The notes under the pieces: generated by a model
What the model saw: only the letters and a program-made list of their open reading frames with translations
The model's database searches: none
What the model was told of the DNA's origin: nothing
IMG/VR virus record: IMGVR_UViG_3300023106_000005
Location: 1-51,743 of that record
Reading direction: 5' to 3' (one strand)
DNA: 51,743 nt
DNA from: a virus
Taxonomy: Duplodnaviria; Caudoviricetes
Program-made: the position numbers and the translations under genes
In this document: piece by piece, positions 45,222 through 51,743 of the stretch
Layout of the letters: every line of letters begins with the position of its first letter
Numbering within the stretch: the first letter of the stretch is position 1

Positions 45222-46505
45222 ATGGAACAATCATTATTCCCGCAATGGGTAGACAAATTCTTTAAAGCGATTGCGCTTAAAGTAATTGAAAAGTTAAATG
45301 GTACGACTAATCCTTTAACATACATGCATAAAACAATGCTTAGAAAAACCTTTTCAACATCGTTGCAATGGGGTTCAATTTCTAGCAATGGTACAGTTGT
45401 AAGAGCAGATGTAGTTGCTTTGGATTCTAGCCTTCCTTTAAAAAGAAGAGATTCAATCAGTAAAGCTACAGGTGACATTCCTAAATTAGGTATGAAAATG
45501 TATCTTAATGAACATACCATGAATGATCTTAAGATTTTAGTCGCTACAGCCGGACAAGAATCTGAAATTTTACGTAAACTATTTGGTGATGTAAACAAAT
45601 GTGTTGCCGGTATTTATGAAACCTTAGAATTCATGTTCTTACAAGCTTTATCTTCAGGTGTAACTTTGATTACAGGCGATGATTCTACAGGAGTAGGAAT
45701 AAGAATTGATTTTGGTATTCCTGCAGAAAATAGATACGGTGTTACTTTGCCTTGGACAGATGCCAATGCTACGCCAATCGATGATATCAATTGGGTAAAA
45801 TCTCAGGCACGTGTAAAAGGCGCAACACTTTCTTATATTTTCATGGATTTAAGCACTTGGAACTTATTTAAAGCTAATTCACAAGTTAGACAAGAATATG
45901 CTTTCTCACTTAATTATGTAGGCGCTCAGGTTCCAAATGTTCCATCGGTTGAACGCGCAAATGAGTTCTTGAAAGCGAATTACGGCGTAACTATTACAAT
46001 TGTTGACAGACAAATGTTAGTAGAGAAAAACGGTGTACGTAGCGTTACAAATCCTTGGACTGCAAACATTGTTACTTTCTTGACTGATTTGAATGTTGGA
46101 ACATTAACTTATGGTTCGTTGGCCGAAGAAACATTCCCTGTTAAGCAAGTTACTTATACCAAAGTGGATGATTTAATTTTGATTTCTAAGTATGGTAAAA
46201 ACGATCCTGTAAGAGAATTTACTTCTTCTCAGGCTTTAGCTTTACCTGTTTTAGATAATGTTGATTCAATCTATTTAATGGACGTTTCTGATGCCGATGT
46301 TAGCGCACAAACAGAAGGTGATGCAAATTACAGCTATGAAGGTACTAATTATACTAAAGTTTCGGTTATTGCAGGTTTAAACGCTGCTGATCCAACTAAT
46401 AAGTTAACTACTTCTTCAACAGATGCATCAATTAAACAAGCAATCAATAAGCTTAATGAAGAGCAAATTTTGATCTTTGAAGCTCAATTAGTAGCATCAG
46501 CATAA
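45222..46505 (+). CDS. Major capsid protein (lambda gpE-like)
   Basis: ADVVA.DS.LP.K.R, G.IPK.G, E...LQALS.G, IDFG, W......PI.DI, ALPV. Confidence 0.88.
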   Translation: MEQSLFPQWVDKFFKAIALKVIEKLNGTTNPLTYMHKTMLRKTFSTSLQWGSISSNGTVVRADVVALDSSLPLKRRDSISKATGDIPKLGMKMYLNEHTMNDLKILVATAGQESEILRKLFGDVNKCVAGIYETLEFMFLQALSSGVTLITGDDSTGVGIRIDFGIPAENRYGVTLPWTDANATPIDDINWVKSQARVKGATLSYIFMDLSTWNLFKANSQVRQEYAFSLNYVGAQVPNVPSVERANEFLKANYGVTITIVDRQMLVEKNGVRSVTNPWTANIVTFLTDLNVGTLTYGSLAEETFPVKQVTYTKVDDLILISKYGKNDPVREFTSSQALALPVLDNVDSIYLMDVSDADVSAQTEGDANYSYEGTNYTKVSVIAGLNAADPTNKLTTSSTDASIKQAINKLNEEQILIFEAQLVASA

Positions 46506-46506
46506 T

Positions 46507-47088
46507 ATGTATAGTCCTGAAAGCATACAGTCGTTAGTAGATAGAATTGGATTCGCTGAACCAATGGATTCTAATTTTGCAATTGCACTTTCTCCGGAAG
46601 TGATTTTGTCGAATTCAGGCCGTTACGTGAATTCATTTCATCAACTTGCGATAGTTGAAAATATTTATTCGGCAATTCCACAAGTAAACATGTTGGAATT
46701 GCCGTTTAATACTTACTTACAAAGTATGAAAACTCAGGCTGTTTTAGAATCGCTAAATGAAATCATCAATAAAGATTCGCGTTCACTTATTGATACTGAT
46801 TATTCAAATATCATAATTACCAATCCGTTTATTTTTGATGATGTTATAGGTTATACAATTGCAATAAAATGCATTGAATTATTTATTTCCACATCAAGAA
46901 AAAACTTATTCGAGCGTAACGCGAAAGAAGCCTACGAGAAGTTAAAAATGGAATTGGAAGGCGTTATGAGTGATTCAGGCGCAATTGTGGCACAAGGAAT
47001 AAAAAGAGAACGTTATTATGCTATTAGAAAAGCTAAAGAAGTAATCTTTCCCTTTGAAATTCCTATCGATGGAACAAAATCATGGTAA
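46507..47088 (+). CDS. Head-tail adaptor candidate (193 aa)
   Basis: Synteny immediately after capsid. Confidence 0.55.
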   Translation: MYSPESIQSLVDRIGFAEPMDSNFAIALSPEVILSNSGRYVNSFHQLAIVENIYSAIPQVNMLELPFNTYLQSMKTQAVLESLNEIINKDSRSLIDTDYSNIIITNPFIFDDVIGYTIAIKCIELFISTSRKNLFERNAKEAYEKLKMELEGVMSDSGAIVAQGIKRERYYAIRKAKEVIFPFEIPIDGTKSW

Positions 47089-47089
47089 T

Positions 47090-47647
47090 ATGAATTATAC
47101 TATAACAAATCCAAAAGGATTAGACGAACAGGTTCAATACACGCAAAAGCTTTTGTTCGACAATCTAAAAACTAAATGGAAAACATCAGGAATTAATCCT
47201 GACACTACATTAGATGTTTTTGGAAGAATCAGAAGAAACCCTGTTAGTAATGATTTTTATCCGGAAGCGTATATTGCTAATGGTGAGTACGGAGATTTGT
47301 ATTTGAATGATTCTGTAAACGCTACGATTTGTTTTATTGAAGAAGATCGGGACCATACAACGGATGATTTTAATGAATTCTATTTTGCTGAGGGAAAATT
47401 TGTGGTGATGATGAATCTTAAGAATTGTTATCCAATTATTTTACATCGTGCGGATTCTGAAGCCCAATTAGATGTTATTGCTCAGATCAAGAAAAACAAA
47501 ATGTTTACTATTGATGGTATTCAAAAAGGATTAGAAAATATATTCAAAGGTTTTAAAACTGATAACATTAAAACTGATGATATGCAGCCATTTCATTGCT
47601 TCGCTATTACAGGCACAATGAAATATAAAATAAACATTAACTGTTAA
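47090..47647 (+). CDS. Tail completion/terminator candidate
   Basis: Synteny; DMQPFHCF.I.G...Y ending; start MNYTIT. Confidence 0.55.
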   Translation: MNYTITNPKGLDEQVQYTQKLLFDNLKTKWKTSGINPDTTLDVFGRIRRNPVSNDFYPEAYIANGEYGDLYLNDSVNATICFIEEDRDHTTDDFNEFYFAEGKFVVMMNLKNCYPIILHRADSEAQLDVIAQIKKNKMFTIDGIQKGLENIFKGFKTDNIKTDDMQPFHCFAITGTMKYKININC

Positions 47648-47663
47648 TTAAATAAAAATAGAT

Positions 47664-48542
47664 ATGGCAATATTTGTAAAATGCAAAGGCAAAGATCAAA
47701 ACAAACGCAATACAGGTGCTAAAGAGCAATGTATTGAAGGCGTTATGATTCGTACCGCGGTCGCTATTCCTGGATTCCAATTTGATAGCCGTGATGATGC
47801 GGAAGATTTGGACAAATGGAATGCAGCAGTTGCCGCAAAACAGATTTTCCCGCTTTACGAAGCTGAGGAAGTTACAACTGCAAACACGGAACCTACATAT
47901 TTTGAAGGCCGTAGACAGCAATATTTAACATCGAACGGTAAAAAGATCACAACATTCACCAGTATTTTAGGTTTGTGCTCACATTTTGCTTTAACGTCAT
48001 TCGGTGATACTCCTTTACAATTATTCGAATTCACAGAAGATGGAGCGATTAAAGGCGTGAATACTACTGATGGTGGCGTAAAAGGTCAATCAGTTAAACT
48101 AAATGTTGGACCACGTTTAGATGCAACAGCTGACAGACCGCCATCCACATTGGTAACAATCAATTATTTGGATTCAAGTGAATTCGAGCAAAACGGTTGG
48201 ATTGGTAGACCTGATTGGAGAGATTCAGAATTGTTTGGAATCTTTGATGTTACACTTATGCAGGTTTCAGCAAGCGCAACCGTTATTAAATTAACAGCAG
48301 GCGTTGGTTGTGCGGGTGGTGATGAATTAGTTGAAACTTTTGTATTAGCTAATTTTGCAGTTAGAAACCTTACGGGTGTTATTCAAACAGTAACTTTTAC
48401 TGCTCCGGATTCTGAAGGTGTTTATACATTGACAGGCACAGGTTTTGCAGATGGGTTTACGGTTGAATTGGTAAATGTTGTAACGGTTGGAGGGCTTTCT
48501 TATGAAACTCCTGAAACATTAATTCTAGAAGTTACACCATAA
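47664..48542 (+). CDS. Major tail protein
   Basis: NTG....C start, beta-rich body, Ig-like C-terminus; synteny. Confidence 0.7.
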   Translation: MAIFVKCKGKDQNKRNTGAKEQCIEGVMIRTAVAIPGFQFDSRDDAEDLDKWNAAVAAKQIFPLYEAEEVTTANTEPTYFEGRRQQYLTSNGKKITTFTSILGLCSHFALTSFGDTPLQLFEFTEDGAIKGVNTTDGGVKGQSVKLNVGPRLDATADRPPSTLVTINYLDSSEFEQNGWIGRPDWRDSELFGIFDVTLMQVSASATVIKLTAGVGCAGGDELVETFVLANFAVRNLTGVIQTVTFTAPDSEGVYTLTGTGFADGFTVELVNVVTVGGLSYETPETLILEVTP

Positions 48543-48760
48543 TGCCAAAGTATAAAGGTATAGAATTCCCGAATGGATATAAAACTTCATTCGGGCAATT
48601 CAAAAAAGACTTTTCTGATAGTCATGTTTTTAAAGATACCCCCGCCGAAAATCTAGATTCAGAACTAGAAAAAGCTTATGAATTTTTAACCAATCAAAAT
48701 GGCAAACTTCAATCAACAACTAAAGAAAGCAAGAAGTCTGACACCGACACGGTTAAGTAA
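48542..48760 (+). CDS. Small protein after major tail gene (72 aa)
   Basis: TAATG coupling. Confidence 0.55.
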   Translation: MPKYKGIEFPNGYKTSFGQFKKDFSDSHVFKDTPAENLDSELEKAYEFLTNQNGKLQSTTKESKKSDTDTVK

Positions 48761-49148
48761 TGACTTGTTTAAATTTATCAGGCAGATTGAAAAAGAAATT
48801 GTAAAGCTGAATGTTGACCAAATAAACATTGATAGCAAAGATATTTACAATAAGAATATCGGTTTTTATTCTTATATGACTGAAGTTATTACTAATGGAA
48901 GAAAAAAAAGAGGCGAACCTTTCGATGGTAAAGAATCCGGTAAATGGTTAGGCAGTTTTTACGTTGATATTCAGGGAAAAGCTTTCAGATTATTTGCTAC
49001 AGATCCGAAAACACATCTTATTTTAGATAGTGAACATTGGCTTTCAGATGATTTATTTGGACTTACTGACAAAAATCTTAAGGAGTTAATCGCTAGTCGC
49101 TTAGCTCCTTTTTTTATTGAAAACCTCAGAAACAACTTAGATATATGA
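48699..49148 (+). CDS. Neck/tail morphogenesis protein candidate (149 aa)
   Basis: Y...T...K.....G....S.......D.K...L......FGLT motif; synteny. Confidence 0.55.
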   Translation: MANFNQQLKKARSLTPTRLSNDLFKFIRQIEKEIVKLNVDQINIDSKDIYNKNIGFYSYMTEVITNGRKKRGEPFDGKESGKWLGSFYVDIQGKAFRLFATDPKTHLILDSEHWLSDDLFGLTDKNLKELIASRLAPFFIENLRNNLDI

Positions 49149-49750
49149 TTTACAACAGCCTTGATACGATCCCCCATAAAACGTTTTTAAAAATTGCCGC
49201 AACAGGTGATTTTTCTTTATTAAGTGATGCCGAAGAAAGTTTGACCATCTTACAAATAATTTGGGAAAAACTATTCCAGGAACATTTAGAACTTGATAGC
49301 ACACCGGAATCAAAAAGAGAATTCAGAATTACTTTAGATGTTGAATCTTTAGAAATGGAACATAAATTTATTGTCGGCGCATGTGATTGTTTAGAATTTG
49401 ATATTGATGATGAATTAATTGAAATTTTGAAATCAAAAAGATACGTTATTAGAACTGATAATACTGAAAACTACTATCACGACATAAACCAAGTAAAACG
49501 TTTCGCAAAAGGTCTAAATATCAAGATAAAAACGCTAAAGAACCAATTGCCAAAAGAAGATTCAGAAGAAAACCAACCTTTGCAACATGAAAAATTAACA
49601 ATTGATGATATAATGTGTGGTTATGCTGATATTATGGGATTTGATTTTGATTACAATACGGTTTCTTATATGAAGTTTAGAGCAATTAAACGCCAAGTAA
49701 ATAAAAAGATGAAACAAATATCAGAACAAAACGCGAAAGCTAAAAAATAA
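49145..49750 (+). CDS. Tail assembly chaperone candidate (201 aa)
   Basis: Directly upstream of TMP. Confidence 0.55.
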   Translation: MIYNSLDTIPHKTFLKIAATGDFSLLSDAEESLTILQIIWEKLFQEHLELDSTPESKREFRITLDVESLEMEHKFIVGACDCLEFDIDDELIEILKSKRYVIRTDNTENYYHDINQVKRFAKGLNIKIKTLKNQLPKEDSEENQPLQHEKLTIDDIMCGYADIMGFDFDYNTVSYMKFRAIKRQVNKKMKQISEQNAKAKK

Positions 49751-49755
49751 ATACT

Positions 49756-51743
49756 ATGGCAAACGATGGTGTTATTACGCAAAAAGATATTATAGAGGAA
49801 AAAGCCCTTACTATCGGTAAACAATACGCTGATAATATGGTTCAGGCGATTGAAGCAAACAAGCAATTTGTTGAATCATTGAAAGCTATTAATAAATTAG
49901 CTCAGGAATTCAAAGGAATCAAAGATCAATCAGGGTATATTACAGCGAAGCAACAGCAAGCTTTAGAAACTCAAAAAATGATTGATGCAATTAAGCGACA
50001 AGAAGCCGCTGAAATTTCCATGAATAAAATTGAGCAGGAAAGAATTAAAACATCTAAAGCGGATGCGGATGCTCAAAATAAATTATCTGTTCAAAAGCAA
50101 AGAGGTACTAAGTTAACACTTGAGGAAAGAATTCAATTAGAAATATCAAATAAAGCAGCCAAACAAGCTACTTTAGAAAGATTGGGATTAGTAGGCGCTT
50201 ATACCAAATTAAACGCAGCAAGAACAGCCGCTAAAAAAACACTTTTAGATTTATTGGCTGCTGAAAACCAAGATATAAAAGCAATTAAAGAAGCAACTAA
50301 AGCTTTTGATGCTTTAGACAAACGTGTTCGTGCTGCCGATCATGCAGTTGGTGATTTTCATAAAACAGTTGGTAATTATCCAAATTTAAAAGGCTTTGCA
50401 AAAGGTTTAAAAGATTTGGCAGGTGCTTTTGGTTTGGTTGGCGGGATTACTGCATTTGCAGCAATATTAGGTGATGCCTATAAAACTATAAAAGAGTTTG
50501 AACAATCGTTAGCCGATTTAAGTTCCATCACAGGCGCAACCGGTAAAGATTTATCATTCCTTAAAAACTCGGCTATTGATTTAGGTCAGACAGTTGAGGG
50601 AGGCGCACAGGCCGTTGTTGAAGCTTACAAATTAATTGCCGGTGCAAAACCTGAATTACTTGATAATGTTAAAGCATTGAACCAAGTAACGGAAGCAGCT
50701 ATTACTTTATCTCAGGCTGCGGGCATGGAATTGCCTGAGGCCGCTACTGCATTAACGGATGCACTAAATCAATTTGGAGCACCCGCAGAAGAAGCTCAGG
50801 CTTTTATCGATGCCTTAGCTAATGGTGCAAAATTTGGATCTGCCGAGATACCTCAATTAACAGAATCATTATTGAAATTTGGAGCAGTTGCGAGGTCTTC
50901 AAATATAAACATCAAAGAAAGTGCTGCGTTAGTTGAATTATTAGCAGAGAATGGTTTAAAAGGTGCTGAAGCAGGAACCGCTTTACGTAATATACTTTTA
51001 AAGATTTCCGCTCCTGATGCATTGCCTAAATTGGCCCGTGCTGAATTCCAAAGATTAGGTATTTCAATGGAAACTTTGAAAGATCAAACAATTCCGGTTG
51101 CTGAAAAATTAGCATTGTTAAAACCATTGTTAAAAGATAATGCTTCAATTGTAAAAGTTTTTGGAGTTGAAAACGCAACCGCTGCAATCAATGTGCTTTC
51201 CCATAACGATAGATTAAAAGAATTAATCGGTCAAATGTCTGAAGTTGGAACCGCTGCCGAACAGGCGGCTATTAGAATGGACACATTAAATGGCAAGACA
51301 GAATTATTAAAATCAACATATGATTCATTTATATTATCTGTAGGCAGTGGTTCGGGGGTTGTATCGGATTTTTTTAAGTTCTTTATTGATGGCGCTAATG
51401 GGTCTTTAAAATCATTAATTAGATTAAATACTTCTTGGGATGATTTGTTTGGAAAAGCAGCACAGGAAGGATCATCACAAGGGGTTAAAACTTTTCAACA
51501 GCAATTTAATGAGTTAATACGTCCTGAAATAAGTGAAAAAGAACGTAAAAACATTAGAAATCGTATAAAAGAAATTAATGATGCAATTCAATCGGGCTAC
51601 AATGATCCCGCTTTACTAAAGGAAAAAAATTCTCTTTTAGACAGATTAGGAACCGGTGATGAAACAAAAATTGCTATATCTATAGGCAGGGCGGCCATGA
51701 TTCAAAGAAAAACACTAAAAGAAGAATTAAAAAAAACAGAAAA
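49756..51743 (+). CDS. Tape measure protein, 5' part (TP901 family; continues across the junction to 1883)
   Basis: Read by hand from ATG 49756 (MANDGVITQK); VGNY motif and EFEQSLADLSSITGATG...G.KG.EAGTALRN TP901-type core; missing from the ORF track because no stop falls in the window. Confidence 0.9.
   Translation, partial: MANDGVITQKDIIEEKALTIGKQYADNMVQAIEANKQFVESLKAINKLAQEFKGIKDQSGYITAKQQQALETQKMIDAIKRQEAAEISMNKIEQERIKTSKADADAQNKLSVQKQRGTKLTLEERIQLEISNKAAKQATLERLGLVGAYTKLNAARTAAKKTLLDLLAAENQDIKAIKEATKAFDALDKRVRAADHAVGDFHKTVGNYPNLKGFAKGLKDLAGAFGLVGGITAFAAILGDAYKTIKEFEQSLADLSSITGATGKDLSFLKNSAIDLGQTVEGGAQAVVEAYKLIAGAKPELLDNVKALNQVTEAAITLSQAAGMELPEAATALTDALNQFGAPAEEAQAFIDALANGAKFGSAEIPQLTESLLKFGAVARSSNINIKESAALVELLAENGLKGAEAGTALRNILLKISAPDALPKLARAEFQRLGISMETLKDQTIPVAEKLALLKPLLKDNASIVKVFGVENATAAINVLSHNDRLKELIGQMSEVGTAAEQAAIRMDTLNGKTELLKSTYDSFILSVGSGSGVVSDFFKFFIDGANGSLKSLIRLNTSWDDLFGKAAQEGSSQGVKTFQQQFNELIRPEISEKERKNIRNRIKEINDAIQSGYNDPALLKEKNSLLDRLGTGDETKIAISIGRAAMIQRKTLKEELKKTE
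51617..51743. repeat. Terminal direct repeat (copy 2), identical to 1-127
   Basis: Exact match to window start. Confidence 0.95.

Noticed and set aside
49145-49756. Programmed frameshift in tail assembly chaperone
   Set aside because: No separate downstream out-of-frame ORF before the TMP start; A/T runs are too common here to call a slippery site
251-49866. Antisense or alternate-frame ORFs in the track (e.g. 251..580, 2317..2661, 6283..6564, 25469..25879, 37372..37581, 45215..45598, 49666..49866)
   Set aside because: Nested in well-supported genes, shadow-like composition, no promoter or start context
1-51743. CRISPR array, diversity-generating retroelement, retron or IS element
   Set aside because: No regularly spaced repeats, reverse transcriptase motifs, TR/VR pair or transposase seen
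1-51743. Stop-codon reassignment
   Set aside because: Core genes are full length in the standard code; TAA, TAG and TGA all end genes

Overview
The window is an apparently complete ~51.6-kb circular(ly permuted) AT-rich tailed phage genome (siphovirus-type; TP901-family tape measure, SPP1-type portal, PBSX-type terminase). Bases 1-127 repeat 51617-51743 (assembly overlap), so the unit genome is 51,616 bp and the tape measure gene runs across the junction. TAnnTTTG promoters, A-rich SD-less translation starts and gene families such as DUF3127 and DUF6291 point to a Bacteroidota, probably Flavobacterium-like, host (inference). Modules: tail (1-6151, 8730-11054 with an SGNH-esterase fibre), a reverse-strand moron (6219-8628), lysis (11071-14102), early/recombination/replication genes (DUF1351-RecT-MBL, NinB, YopX, SF2 helicase, initiator with internal iterons, NinG), an IbrA/IbrB-like PAPS-reductase/ParB cassette, packaging (TerS, TerL, portal), an accessory block with an outer-membrane beta-barrel, then head and tail genes. 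No integrase or CI-type repressor was recognised. The most interesting signals are non-coding or junctional: a ~233-nt tRNA-shelled RNA with large insertions (43694-43926); two 5' leaders with the same kissing-loop/terminator architecture but different loop sequences (21566-21660, 24711-24806); a 19-bp Fur-box-like palindrome in front of ten promoters; and a GIY-YIG homing endonuclease that has split the endolysin gene and supplies a replacement N-terminus. All family calls come from motif recognition by eye; no database searches were run.
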